Origin: Candidatus Dojkabacteria bacterium
GTDB taxonomy: Bacteria > Patescibacteriota > Dojkabacteria > GCA-002793355
NCBI GenBank assembly: GCA_030583825.1
Contig: CP129477.1
Coordinates: 694,294 to 758,293, forward strand
Direction: 5' to 3'
Length of the DNA stretch: 64,000 nucleotides
Made by a program: the position numbers and the translations under genes
Notes under the pieces: model-generated
Database searches by the model: none
What the model saw: the letters and a program-made list of their open reading frames with translations, nothing else
Told to the model about the DNA's origin: nothing
Shown: positions 9,540 through 19,899 of the stretch, piece after piece
How positions within the stretch are numbered: the stretch's first letter is position 1
Layout: every line of letters begins with the position of its first letter

Positions 9540-10532
9540 ATGTATCAAGCTGTCCCATTGTCGCGAGTTCATGTTTTTATCCTCACGTTGGGGATATTCT
9601 TCTTTTTGGGAGCTGTCGCATTTCTTATTTCTTCAATTATTCCTGTTGAGCAGAGTTTTAACCCTGTAATTGCAGCGGTTCAAGGTGAAAAAACTGTTGC
9701 GTCATGTAGCCCTGAGACACATAGTAAAGAGAGATTTCTTGCCAGTGCCCCGACTATTCGCGTTATTGCGGGTGGGAATATTGCCGAAATTTCATTTGAA
9801 ACACTTTCTTTATGTATCTCTTTTGAGCAACAATCGTTGCAATGTCCAAATGATACACAGTTTTCTATTGATAATCTTTGCGTACAGCGAAGGCTTGAGC
9901 AGCAGGAAGCATTATTCCCTCAGTATATCGAGATAACGGGCCTTAAGCAGAAAGTCAGCGTAAAAAAGCAAGACTGGGCCATTAATTTCGAGGTATTAGC
10001 TGAGCAGGTAGGAGAGCAGTTTTCAAACGCATATCAGCTTGTTCATTCGGGGAAAGATCTGGACAGAAAAACACTCACAATTCAAGCTCCATTGAGGATT
10101 TCTGAGCCTTCTACAGATGGAACATTTGCGCAAAAGTATATCGAGGTGGATGGATCGCGCCAGCTTATGTTTTTATGGGAAAATGGGAAGTATAGAACCT
10201 TTTCAGTTTCCGGTGCCTTGCAGGGATACAATCCTGTCGGAATTCACAAAGTATTGAATAAGTCGAAACTTGCGTGGTCTTCAACGGCTAATAAATGGAT
10301 GCCGTATTGGATGGCCTTTATGTACGATCCATCGCAAAAAACGATGCTAGGAATTCATTCGCTTGTCTATTGGTTTCCAGGATACCAACCAACAGGCGAG
10401 TATGTTATTCGTGAACCCGAATCAAACGTTGGAACCCCCCGCAGTACGGGTTGTATTCGATTAAAAGAAGATGAGGCAAAGCTTGTTTATGACTGGGCAA
10501 ATGTCGGAGATTGGGTCATTGTTCATGAATAA
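9540..10532 (+). CDS. L,D-transpeptidase (YkuD domain) protein
   Basis: The C-terminus reads LGIHSLVYWFPG...GTPRSTGCIRLKEDEAKLVYDWANVGDWVIV, matching the YkuD catalytic His...S-x-GC-[IV]-R motif. There is also an N-terminal transmembrane helix. Confidence 0.6.
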   Translation: MYQAVPLSRVHVFILTLGIFFFLGAVAFLISSIIPVEQSFNPVIAAVQGEKTVASCSPETHSKERFLASAPTIRVIAGGNIAEISFETLSLCISFEQQSLQCPNDTQFSIDNLCVQRRLEQQEALFPQYIEITGLKQKVSVKKQDWAINFEVLAEQVGEQFSNAYQLVHSGKDLDRKTLTIQAPLRISEPSTDGTFAQKYIEVDGSRQLMFLWENGKYRTFSVSGALQGYNPVGIHKVLNKSKLAWSSTANKWMPYWMAFMYDPSQKTMLGIHSLVYWFPGYQPTGEYVIREPESNVGTPRSTGCIRLKEDEAKLVYDWANVGDWVIVHE

Positions 10533-10592
10533 AAGCGAAGGGCAGGAGTATTTGTCTTGTGAATCGAAATGAAACAAATACCCCTGTGCGAG

Positions 10593-11003
10593 TTAACCTT
10601 TGCCGCGAATGCATTCGGTTTGAGACAGCCTGCCTTCATAGATAAGCCCGCGATTATTAACGCTTATGAAGGTGAAGTAGGTGTTTTCGTCTACTTTTAC
10701 GAAACAGTAACCGTCTTCGGGCATAATACCGTATGCTTCATCAAGGCTACCGCGAAACATCTGTACGTATAACATACGGGGTGTCGTCTGCATGGCTGAC
10801 AGGATATAGCCGTTACCAGTATTACCGTACAGGCTTGACCACCCGTTTAGCCATTGAAAATCGAATTCCGCTTGTCCGTCTACACTCATGAAGAACGTGG
10901 ATTGTCCATACTCAAGGGCACGAACAGGCACGGGTAACTGACGGGTTGAGCTAACTAAGGAAAAAACGAGTACAACGAGCATTAGAAAGAGCCGGGTTTT
11001 CAA
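10593..11003 (-). CDS. Hypothetical secreted protein
   Basis: The 136-aa product carries an N-terminal signal or transmembrane segment (LFLMLVVLVFSLVSS). Confidence 0.4.
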   Translation of the reverse strand: MKTRLFLMLVVLVFSLVSSTRQLPVPVRALEYGQSTFFMSVDGQAEFDFQWLNGWSSLYGNTGNGYILSAMQTTPRMLYVQMFRGSLDEAYGIMPEDGYCFVKVDENTYFTFISVNNRGLIYEGRLSQTECIRGKG

Positions 11004-11078
11004 GGTAATCCTCCCTATTTGGGAATAATAAACGTTATGCGAATTATACTATAAAACTGTAGATATAACTATAGGATT

Positions 11079-11696
11079 TTACTCTATACGGAACTCCGTT
11101 CCAGGGATAATTCCCAACTTTCCTGCATTTCCGCCTTTTATCTCCAAAACATACTGATAGGTAGATTCCGGGCCATAAAACGGACAGTTTTTCTGTGTTG
11201 CGTCAACTTGTTTACACGGAGGAACATTAGATTTTACGTCCTGAACCTTTAGTTCTTTCGATAAAAAAATAATATCGAGAGGAAATTCGACGTTTTTCAT
11301 CCAAAACGGGTAGTTTACCGCTTGTGGAAAGATAAACAACATGCCATTATATTCTCCAATTGACGGACGGTACATGTATCCTGTCTGGCGTTTCTCTTCG
11401 GTGTCGGCAATTTCTACTGTAAATACAGCCTCTGTTTGTGTGTTTTTTGTTCGCATTTTTATGCTGGAGGGCCATGGCGTAGGAGTAGGTGACTCTGCCG
11501 CAGGCGTAGATACGGGAATAAACTGTTGTATTGTCCCAAGAATACCGCTTGCTTGTTCCTGATTTTTAATAAAAAGTGAAAATACTTGTCCCAGAGCAGA
11601 AGATTGCATAAACACAAAGAGCGTAATGCCAATAAGCACAATCGGAATTAAAACGCGTACTGATTTTAGTAATTGCCAGGCAAGTTTAAAAATCAT
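11079..11696 (-). CDS. DUF192-family protein
   Basis: NGMLFIFPQAVNYPFWMKNVEFPLDIIFLSKELKV matches the DUF192 (COG1430) core GMLF...FWM.N...PLDI.F. There is also an N-terminal transmembrane helix. Confidence 0.5.
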   Translation of the reverse strand: MIFKLAWQLLKSVRVLIPIVLIGITLFVFMQSSALGQVFSLFIKNQEQASGILGTIQQFIPVSTPAAESPTPTPWPSSIKMRTKNTQTEAVFTVEIADTEEKRQTGYMYRPSIGEYNGMLFIFPQAVNYPFWMKNVEFPLDIIFLSKELKVQDVKSNVPPCKQVDATQKNCPFYGPESTYQYVLEIKGGNAGKLGIIPGTEFRIE

Positions 11697-11817
11697 TATT
11701 ATTTGTACTTTATTTAGTTGTTTGAGCTAAGATTATTATACACTTTTCGGCGTTTCTGTTAAACAAAGTATGCCAATATGCTACAATGAAGTAACATAAT
11801 TTTATTGTTTCTTAGCT

Positions 11818-12405
11818 ATGAAATATGAATTAGCACCCCTTCCATACGCATACGACGCTCTTGCTCCGGTTATCTCTGAAGAAATTATGAAATTACATCA
11901 TGATAAGCATCATGCAGCATACGTAAATGGCGCAAATGCAGCGCTCGAAAAGCTTGAAAAGGCCCGAAACGGTGAAGTCGAGATTGATATAAAAGCAGTA
12001 CTTCGCGACCTTTCGTTTAATGTGAATGGTCATGTTCTTCATCAGATGTTCTGGGAAAATATGCGCGCTCCACAAGAAAATAATGTCCCAACAGGTGCAG
12101 TAAAAGAGGCACTTGAGAAATCTTTTGGCAGTGTAGAATCATTTCAGAAGCAATTCGGTGCAGCAGCAAAAGCAGTCGAAGGTTCAGGATGGGCACTGTT
12201 AGTCGCAGATACTGATAAAAATCTAATGATGATTCAGATTGAAAAACAAAACTTTATGCATGTTGCAGGATTTACCCCGATTCTTGGTATTGATGTGTGG
12301 GAACATGCGTATTACCTAGACTATAAAAACGATCGAGGTGCATATGTTGATGCATGGTGGAAGCTTGTAAATTGGGATGATATCGAGCGCCGTCTTGCCT
12401 CCTAA
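11818..12405 (+). CDS. sodA: Superoxide dismutase (Fe/Mn)
   Basis: The product reads YELAPLPYAYDALAPVISEEIMKLHHDKHHAAYV...DVWEHAYYLDY, showing the canonical Fe/Mn-SOD metal ligands. Confidence 0.9.
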   Translation: MKYELAPLPYAYDALAPVISEEIMKLHHDKHHAAYVNGANAALEKLEKARNGEVEIDIKAVLRDLSFNVNGHVLHQMFWENMRAPQENNVPTGAVKEALEKSFGSVESFQKQFGAAAKAVEGSGWALLVADTDKNLMMIQIEKQNFMHVAGFTPILGIDVWEHAYYLDYKNDRGAYVDAWWKLVNWDDIERRLAS

Positions 12406-12456
12406 AGAGGAGAGTATTAACTTGCGGGATTGGTCAGATTGACGTATATTTAGGAT

Positions 12457-13812
12457 ATGCAGAAACTGCCTTTTCTTTACCTTTTTGCGATAGTATTTGC
12501 CGGAATTATTCTTGTTGCGGCATTTGTTGTTCCGTCAATTCCACTCCAAAGTAACAGTGTTTCATGTAATCAAGCGGCATTTCAGCTAATTCCATCTGTG
12601 CATGCACAGTCACAAACAAATCCAACAATTGTTAGTTTTACGACTTCTGCAACCTCCGTAAATGTGGGAGAGAGTGTTACGCTTAGCTGGGTAACTCAAA
12701 ATACAGATAGAGTTATTCTCGGTGGATTCGATCAAGTATTTGGCCCAAGTGGATCAGTCGAGGTAACAATGAATACTTCGAAAATTTTTGTGCTCTACGC
12801 ATTCAATGAGAACTGTTACCGACAACGTTTCGTTTTTGTTGATGCATTCGATGAAAACTCTAATCCGTTCACTCAGCCAACACTCTTAGCTGCAGGTATT
12901 GTCGCATTGGAAGCAACCGGGACAGTTGTGGCAACAGTCGCCTCTCCTATGAATGTGGCAACGTGGAACGTATGGTTCGCATTTGCTGCATTTCTTGATC
13001 GTTTACGAAAGAAAAAGCCGTGGGGTATCGTGTATAGCTCGACTTCGAAACGACCTATCTCCCGGGCAATTATTCGTTTACATGACGCAACCGATAACGC
13101 ACTTCTTGAAACAACTGTTACTGACGCACAGGGTATTTTCCGTCTCAATCCAAAGCAAGGTACCTATTACATGAAGATTACTCGTCGTGATTACTCTTTT
13201 CCATCACGTTTAGTTGCCGGCCCGAATGATGGACAATACGCAAATGTGTATAAAGGAGAAACCTTTGTTGTTCAATACGATGGCCAAGCGCTTATGTTTG
13301 CTATTCCTCTTGATGATGTAGAACTTCCCTATTGGCAGAAGTCTTTTCGCTCTTTTATGACTAATCTTGAAGCTGCTCTTCGTTGGGTCAGTGATATTTT
13401 ATTAGTTGTAGGTCTTGCCACCAGTATTGCATTCGCAATTCGCTACCGAAACCTGATTTCCTTCGCAATTTTGGGTGTGTACTTCCTGATTTTCGGCGTA
13501 AAGTTTGTATTTGCATTGATTACTCCAAAACAATACGGCGTGGTAAAAGATCAAAAGGGGAGAGTTGTCTCAAACTTGGAGCTTGGATTGTATGAAACAG
13601 AATTTAATACGCTTGTTGCCCGTACATTTACTGACGCGCGAGGCCAATACAACTTTATTGTGCCATTTCAGAAGTATAATATTCGAACGATTGATCCAAG
13701 ATACTCAATTACCGGCGATAACGTGACGTCTTTGGGTCAGCCTGTTGTGCTCCCGCAGAATAAGGGCGAAAACATTTTGTTTGTCAGCCAGGATGTGAGA
13801 GTTTCAGGGTAA
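12457..13812 (+). CDS. Hypothetical membrane protein with a carboxypeptidase-regulatory-like (transthyretin-like) domain
   Basis: It has a signal peptide. ISRAIIRLHDATDNALLETTVTDAQGIFRLNPKQGTYYMKITRRDYSFP is typical of CarboxypepD_reg-like domains, and a second similar repeat and transmembrane helices are present. Confidence 0.4.
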   Translation: MQKLPFLYLFAIVFAGIILVAAFVVPSIPLQSNSVSCNQAAFQLIPSVHAQSQTNPTIVSFTTSATSVNVGESVTLSWVTQNTDRVILGGFDQVFGPSGSVEVTMNTSKIFVLYAFNENCYRQRFVFVDAFDENSNPFTQPTLLAAGIVALEATGTVVATVASPMNVATWNVWFAFAAFLDRLRKKKPWGIVYSSTSKRPISRAIIRLHDATDNALLETTVTDAQGIFRLNPKQGTYYMKITRRDYSFPSRLVAGPNDGQYANVYKGETFVVQYDGQALMFAIPLDDVELPYWQKSFRSFMTNLEAALRWVSDILLVVGLATSIAFAIRYRNLISFAILGVYFLIFGVKFVFALITPKQYGVVKDQKGRVVSNLELGLYETEFNTLVARTFTDARGQYNFIVPFQKYNIRTIDPRYSITGDNVTSLGQPVVLPQNKGENILFVSQDVRVSG

Positions 13813-13914
13813 TTCTGGGTCTTTATAAATAAAACTCCTTACGGCTTTCTTACCAACTTCCCTAGACAATCAAAGAAATTACATAGTATAATTTAGTAGA
13901 GGGTGATAGAGTTT

Positions 13915-14490
13915 TTACTCTACATAATGCGTGTGCCAATGTGCCAGAGCATGAGGCACCCTCTTATTCATTTTTAGGCTTATCACGGACAGAAAAATTT
14001 TATTGCCCTGTTTGTCTTCTTTTAATACAACTCTTACTTTTTTCAACGTACCGTTGCTGTTAAGTACTGCATCAAAGGAATAAAATATAATACCGTATTC
14101 GAATCGAATATCTTGAATAGTTGAAGAAGTTTCAATGATAATCTTTGCTAAGGGTAAAACCCCTAATCGTTGATATACATCCTGAGGTGGGCGTTTCTTT
14201 GTTTTATTTCCGATAATATGATTCCAACCTAGAGAAGAAAATGAAACATTGCCCTTAAAGGCAGGGCAGTAAGAGTATTTTTGAGCTTTCCATGTTGAAT
14301 AGAGACGTAGCATGTCTTTTTTAAGTTCACGAAGAGAATGAGGGCTCATAGATAAAGAATACAGCCCCAAAAGTGATTGAATAAAGAATCGAAGATACCT
14401 TATATGAAGCCTATAAATAGGTAAAAAATGATTTTTACAAAAAAAAGGAGGTAGCAAAAGCATCGCTTCCACTGCCTCCCTCAAAAACAC
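13915..14490 (-). CDS. Hypothetical protein
   Basis: The 191-aa ORF lies directly downstream of thrS on the same strand. No motif was recognised. Confidence 0.35.
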   Translation of the reverse strand: MFLREAVEAMLLLPPFFCKNHFLPIYRLHIRYLRFFIQSLLGLYSLSMSPHSLRELKKDMLRLYSTWKAQKYSYCPAFKGNVSFSSLGWNHIIGNKTKKRPPQDVYQRLGVLPLAKIIIETSSTIQDIRFEYGIIFYSFDAVLNSNGTLKKVRVVLKEDKQGNKIFLSVISLKMNKRVPHALAHWHTHYVE

Positions 14491-16284
14491 TTACAAATCC
14501 AAAGCTTTACTCTGAATTTTCTCCTTTACCCGCTCGGCAAGATCATTAACTGAAATTTCTCCCAGTGATTGTCCATTTCGCAAGCGTACGTTAACAGTAC
14601 CATTTGCAACTTCCTGCTTTCCAATAACAATCATGTAGGGGACTTTTTCTTGCTGTGCTTCAAGAATTCTCTTGTTGAGTGTATTGCTTGAATCATCAAC
14701 GCTGACACGAATTCCTGGCAGAGATGCCTTCAATGAATCCACCACAGACTTTGCGTATTCCTGCTGGTCAAGGCCGATAGGAATAATGCGTACTTGTTCC
14801 GGGTGAAGCCAGACTGGAAATGCTCCAGCGAAGTGCTCAATCAAGAATGCCATGACTCTCTCAATTGCGCCAATGGAAGAGCGGTGAATAACGATCGCCT
14901 CTTCTTCTTTGCTTTCTTCGTTGATGTAGTTCAGTTTGAATCGTTTTGGCATAACAAAGTCGTATTGGACTGTGAACGCTGTATCTTCTTTTCCAAGCAC
15001 GTTTTTCATTTGAATATCAATCTTTGGGCCATAGAATGCTGCTTCGCCTTCTGCTTCGTAAAATGGTGCCTTTCTTGCCTCTAAAACACGTCGCAATACT
15101 GATTCTCCATATTCCCATGATTCATCGTCTTTAAAGTACTTTTTGTCGTCGGAACGATCACCGAGAGAAAGTCGGTAAGAGTAGTGTTCTCCTTCTTTTA
15201 GGCCGAAGGTTTCTGCAACTGCTTTAATCAGTTCGAGAACCTCGTTAATCATTTCTTGTGCTTGTTCTTTTGTACAGACGATATGGGCATCGGCCAAACA
15301 GAATGATCTCACGCGCATCAAGCCGGATAATTCGCCTGATTTTTCATAGCGATAGAGTTTTGCAAGCTCTGCAATTCTCATCGGCAATTCCTTGTAGCTT
15401 CGTGGCTTGCTCAAGTAGTACTCAAAGTGGTGGGGACATGTCATCGGACGGAGCATAAATCGCTCGTCATCAATCTCGATAGGTGCATACATCGAATCTT
15501 TGTAGTATGGGTAGTGCCCCGACTTTTGATAAAGTTCCAGCTTTGCAATATCTGGCGTATAGACGTGCAAGTATCCTCTGCGAAGCTCTTCGTCAACAAT
15601 GTAACGCTCTAATTCTCGGCGAATTGTCGAGCCTTTTGGTGTCCATAAAGGCAATCCTTTTCCAACAACGTCAGAAAATACGAATAAGTCGAGGTCTTTA
15701 CCAACTTTTCTGTGATCACGAAGTTGTGCTTCTTCCATACGCTTTAGGTAGTCATCAAGCTCTTGTTGTGAAGCAAATGCCGTTCCATAGACACGTGTAA
15801 GCATTTCGTTTTCTTCACTTCCTCGCCAATATGCGCCACCAACCGAGAGTAGCTTAAATGCTCCAATCTCGCCTGTACTTTCCACATGTGGGCCTTTGCA
15901 AAGATCTGCATAGCTTTCTCCTGTGTAGTAGAGAGAAACTTCTTTATCAGCTGCTGCAATTTCTTCAAGCCACTCAAGCTTGAATGGATTATCTTTAAAA
16001 ATTGCTTTTGCTTCTTCGTACGACACAATCTTTTTCACAATCGGTAAATCTGCAGCAATTATTTCTTTCATTTTTGCTTCGATTTTTGGTAAATCTTCGT
16101 CTGAAAGCTTTATATCCCAGCGTGCATCGTTTGACCAACCATCTTCAGAAATATGGGCAACTGCAAGCTTTACTTTGCCTGGAAACAGCTCAGTTACTGC
16201 CTGTGCAAAGACATGCTCGCACGAATGGCGAATTTTAAATAACTGTGAATCTTCAAATGCTTCTTTTTTCATGTTTTCACTCAA
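14491..16284 (-). CDS. thrS: Threonine--tRNA ligase
   Basis: The product shows RHSCEHV (editing HxxxH), YRYEKSGELSGLMRVRSFCLADAHIVC (class II motif 2) and a C-terminal anticodon-binding domain. Confidence 0.9.
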   Translation of the reverse strand: MSENMKKEAFEDSQLFKIRHSCEHVFAQAVTELFPGKVKLAVAHISEDGWSNDARWDIKLSDEDLPKIEAKMKEIIAADLPIVKKIVSYEEAKAIFKDNPFKLEWLEEIAAADKEVSLYYTGESYADLCKGPHVESTGEIGAFKLLSVGGAYWRGSEENEMLTRVYGTAFASQQELDDYLKRMEEAQLRDHRKVGKDLDLFVFSDVVGKGLPLWTPKGSTIRRELERYIVDEELRRGYLHVYTPDIAKLELYQKSGHYPYYKDSMYAPIEIDDERFMLRPMTCPHHFEYYLSKPRSYKELPMRIAELAKLYRYEKSGELSGLMRVRSFCLADAHIVCTKEQAQEMINEVLELIKAVAETFGLKEGEHYSYRLSLGDRSDDKKYFKDDESWEYGESVLRRVLEARKAPFYEAEGEAAFYGPKIDIQMKNVLGKEDTAFTVQYDFVMPKRFKLNYINEESKEEEAIVIHRSSIGAIERVMAFLIEHFAGAFPVWLHPEQVRIIPIGLDQQEYAKSVVDSLKASLPGIRVSVDDSSNTLNKRILEAQQEKVPYMIVIGKQEVANGTVNVRLRNGQSLGEISVNDLAERVKEKIQSKALDL

Positions 16285-16579
16285 TGGTTTAAATAGTTTT
16301 TGGCAATTTTAGTCAGCTGCCGGCTGTTTTTTATTATCCTCGGTACTTTCGCTAGATTATCGCAGAAATGAATGATTAAGCGAAATGCGAAAAAGGGAGA
16401 ACAATATGAAATGAATACCCCCTAAGGGGTTGTAGTCTTGTGAAAACAACGAACCATTGTAAGAAGAGAGTTTCCTACCATATTAAGAAATTATATCACG
16501 ATTGAAAAAAGAGTTCATTAAATTCTGTCACTTTTGAAAGGTTATATATGAATAAGATAGTGTCGCCTGTTTCTACTAT

Positions 16580-16599
16580 TGATACCCGTGGGGGTATAT
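16580..16599. promoter_or_regulatory. Degenerate copy of the ATATACCC-N4-GGGTATAT palindrome
   Basis: TGATACCCGTGGGGGTATAT matches 16/20 positions of the perfect palindrome at 57610-57629, with the right half identical. It sits between divergent thrS and pepF. Confidence 0.4.
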
Positions 16600-16731
16600 A
16601 AAGTGCTGACATCTCGGTTCTTTGTAAAAGTGGAAAGGGGTAGGCGGGTAGTGTAATAACTAAACGCTACAAGAAGAATCATAAATAATTATCTCAATTG
16701 AGCACTGCTGCAAAAGAATGTACAATGTACC

Positions 16732-18525
16732 ATGAAAATCAAAGAAACATGGGATTTACAAAAGCTTTTTAGCTCTCCAACCGATCCAGCAATTCAAAAA
16801 GAAGCAGCAGAAATAGATGTACGCGTAAATAATTTCGTCGCAAAGTGGAAAGACGACTCTTCATATGCGACAGACAAATCATCACTCCTGCAGGCACTCA
16901 CAGAATACGAAGAATTAATTACAAAGGGCGGCGTAGGCGGAGAACAAAGTTATTACGCCGGACTTTTAAGTGCATTAGATCAATTATCTCCAGAAATTAA
17001 AGCATTTGGAAATAAAATTGAGGATGAATCAAAAAAGCGTGCTATTGCATTGCAATTTTTTGAGCTGACATTAGGCAAAGCGAGTAAAGATTTTCAGAAA
17101 GAAGTCCTTGCCGATGCGCAATTTGCTCCATACACGTACTATTTATCTCGAATTTTTGACACAGCTAAATACGATCTCTCTGAGAAAGAAGAGCGCATTA
17201 TTACTGAACTTTGGTCTGCAGCAAACGGAAAATGGCGAGAGCTAACAAGTCAGGAACTGAGCAGAAAAACTGCTGCAATAGTAGTAAATAATCAAAAAAA
17301 GAAGGCAACGATTGGTGAGCTTTTAGAACTGTCTAAAAACTGGGATAAAAAGCTTCGCGACGAGGCCGGTAAAAAAGCAGCAAAATTAATTCGTAGCTTG
17401 AAATATATTGCAGAGGCCGAAATGAATGCAATTTTAGAGTCGAGAAAAGCAATGCGTGACCTCCGCGGAGCAGAACGTGTTGATATTTTTAGGCTTATTG
17501 CAGATGATGTCTCTCCAGGAATGGTAGATGCACTTCGCAAGGCTGTATCATCCCGTAACGATATCGCCAGAGAATACTACGAGCTCAAAGCGAAGCTTCT
17601 AAAGCAAGAGAAACTTGAATATTACGAGCGCGGTGTAGAGTTTCCGGTACAGACTGATACATATTCGTTTGAACAGGCAACGGCGTTGGTATCCGAGACC
17701 TTTCGTGGCCTTGATGCAGAATTTGGCAACATCTTCGATGAGTTTGCCGGAAGTGGTGCTATGGACGCATATCCTAAAAAAGGGAAAATGTCGGGTGCAT
17801 TCTGCGCGCATCATCTTGTAACCTCACCTGTGTATATTTTGCTCAATTTTACGGGAACACTCAATGATGTAAGAACAATTGCGCATGAGGCGGGCCATGG
17901 AGTTCATGATGAATTAATGCGAGACGTTAAAACTGGGCTGTATTACCATACTTCGCTGGCAACAGCCGAAGTCGCGAGCACATTCATGGAAGACTTTGTT
18001 ACAGACAAGCTATTTGCTCAAGCAAATGAAGAAACTCGTTTACACTTGTTAATGAACTCTCTCAACGATGATATCGCTACAATCTTTCGGCAGATCGCAT
18101 GTTATAACTTTGAATGGGATCTTCACACGCAGTTTGCTAAGAAAAAATATCTTTCTGAGAAAGATATTGCCAAGCTTTTCAAAAAACACATGAAAGCATA
18201 TATGGGGCCGTCGGTTTCTCAGCGCGTGGGAGGAAATGATTTTTGGGTATATTGGTCACATATTCGAAGCTCGTTTTACGTATATTCTTATGCAAGTGGA
18301 TTACTCATCTCCAAAGCGCTGCAGTTTATGGTGCGTAACGACAAAAAATCTATACAGAGCGTTAAAGAAGTTCTCAAAAAGGGAGCAAGTGCATCTCCTG
18401 CAGAGTTGTTTAAATCTGTCGGTATTGATATTCAAGATAAATCTTTTTGGGAAAAAGGACTTCTTACAATTGAAGAAAAGCTTGCAGAAGCGAAATCTCT
18501 TGCAAAAAAACTAGGTAAAATTTAG
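16732..18525 (+). CDS. pepF: Oligoendopeptidase F (M3B family)
   Basis: The 597-aa product carries the HEAGHGVHDELM zinc-binding HExxH motif, and its length matches M3B. Confidence 0.85.
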   Translation: MKIKETWDLQKLFSSPTDPAIQKEAAEIDVRVNNFVAKWKDDSSYATDKSSLLQALTEYEELITKGGVGGEQSYYAGLLSALDQLSPEIKAFGNKIEDESKKRAIALQFFELTLGKASKDFQKEVLADAQFAPYTYYLSRIFDTAKYDLSEKEERIITELWSAANGKWRELTSQELSRKTAAIVVNNQKKKATIGELLELSKNWDKKLRDEAGKKAAKLIRSLKYIAEAEMNAILESRKAMRDLRGAERVDIFRLIADDVSPGMVDALRKAVSSRNDIAREYYELKAKLLKQEKLEYYERGVEFPVQTDTYSFEQATALVSETFRGLDAEFGNIFDEFAGSGAMDAYPKKGKMSGAFCAHHLVTSPVYILLNFTGTLNDVRTIAHEAGHGVHDELMRDVKTGLYYHTSLATAEVASTFMEDFVTDKLFAQANEETRLHLLMNSLNDDIATIFRQIACYNFEWDLHTQFAKKKYLSEKDIAKLFKKHMKAYMGPSVSQRVGGNDFWVYWSHIRSSFYVYSYASGLLISKALQFMVRNDKKSIQSVKEVLKKGASASPAELFKSVGIDIQDKSFWEKGLLTIEEKLAEAKSLAKKLGKI

Positions 18526-18588
18526 TCCGAACAGTATACAAGTATTCCTAACGCTTGTTTCCGGCAATATAACGCTGTATCATGAACT

Positions 18589-19899
18589 ATGTCTCGTATA
18601 TTTTCGCTTTTTTCTTTATCACGGCCGTTCTTTATTGTGATTCTTTTTGCCATTATTGCGAATGGAGTACAGGTATTATCGTTTATGCTTTTGCGAAAGC
18701 TTGATTCTCCCCAGTTCGCAATGTTGAACTATGGAATGTATGTCATTACTTTGCTTGGAATTATCACGAGTGCCTTTGAAAGATGGCTGATGATTCAGCA
18801 GAGTAGGAGATCGTGGGACGAAAGAATTAAGCTTGCAAGATCACTGTTTACGTCTGTAGGTATTTTATTTTTAATTCTCATTATTGTTGTCGGGCTATTG
18901 CTTTGTTTGTGGGCTCCAGAAACTTCAAGAATTGTGGTCATCTGCACAATTTCTATGGCGCTTGTCTTTCTCTCGTTATTTCCTAAATCTCTTGTTGTTT
19001 CGCAGGAAAACTATGTACTTCTTGGCTTACTGGGGTTAGTTGAGCCATTCTTTCGGTTTGTTTCGATTGCCGCATTTGTAAGCAATGTCGCAATTCTTCC
19101 TGTGTTTATTGGACACTTACTTTCTTCGTTTGTGGTACTTCAGGTAAGCCTCTTTTTGCTCAGGCAGATTCCGGCTCAGCCAAGTAGAAAAAATATTTCG
19201 GACATTTCACTTTCTGCTCGCGTTGTGTTGCTTCAGGTACTATTGCAGGCAGGGATTAGTATTTTCTGGGTCGCAGACGGTGTTATTTTGAAGCATCTTT
19301 TGAGTGTTGAAGCATACAGTGCATATGTTGCCCATGCTTACATTATGAAGTTTCCGCTATTTTTAACGACAAGCATTCTGAGTGTGTTAATGGTGAAAGT
19401 TGTCACTGATCAAGCAGGGTATAGAGACTTTAGAAAAATGACAGCAATTGGGATTGCTGGAAGTATTTTGGCATTTGGTTCAGTTGCGATTATAGAACTT
19501 CTCTTTCCAGGAAAAATTATTACAGTGTTGGGGTATGGCGCGCTTGCTGTACCTGGTCTTTTGGTTCTTATTGCCGTTGCATGGACGCTTCACTCAATTA
19601 TTTCGTTGCTATTAACAATGCTGATAAAAGTGGCATGGCATGTATCGGTACAAACAGTAATTATTCTTTACACAGTAAGCTTTATCGGGCTTTTGTTTGT
19701 AGGCTCGTATGATATTGCCGAGTTGTTGAAAATGCTTACAATTCAAGCGATTATCTTTCTTGTTTGTATTGTGACGATTAGCTCGTTGCTTCCAGCTCCA
19801 TATTTTGAAATGCCGGAAAAACTTGCTTCTCCAGTGAGTGGAACTAAGGGGAAACGAAGGAAGTCACGATTGGCGCGACGATCTCCAAGTAATCTTTAA
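18589..19899 (+). CDS. Polytopic membrane protein (possible MOP/flippase-like transporter)
   Basis: The 436-aa product has roughly 12 hydrophobic segments. No diagnostic motif was seen, so the family assignment is speculative. Its 3' end overlaps the convergent ybaK by 56 nt. Confidence 0.4.
   Translation: MSRIFSLFSLSRPFFIVILFAIIANGVQVLSFMLLRKLDSPQFAMLNYGMYVITLLGIITSAFERWLMIQQSRRSWDERIKLARSLFTSVGILFLILIIVVGLLLCLWAPETSRIVVICTISMALVFLSLFPKSLVVSQENYVLLGLLGLVEPFFRFVSIAAFVSNVAILPVFIGHLLSSFVVLQVSLFLLRQIPAQPSRKNISDISLSARVVLLQVLLQAGISIFWVADGVILKHLLSVEAYSAYVAHAYIMKFPLFLTTSILSVLMVKVVTDQAGYRDFRKMTAIGIAGSILAFGSVAIIELLFPGKIITVLGYGALAVPGLLVLIAVAWTLHSIISLLLTMLIKVAWHVSVQTVIILYTVSFIGLLFVGSYDIAELLKMLTIQAIIFLVCIVTISSLLPAPYFEMPEKLASPVSGTKGKRRKSRLARRSPSNL

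Noticed and set aside
11341-11641. Track ORFs 11341-11562 (+) and 11459-11641 (-) lie inside the DUF192 gene.
   Set aside because: They overlap a better-supported 205-aa ORF with a recognisable domain and are short and compositionally odd. They are shadow ORFs.
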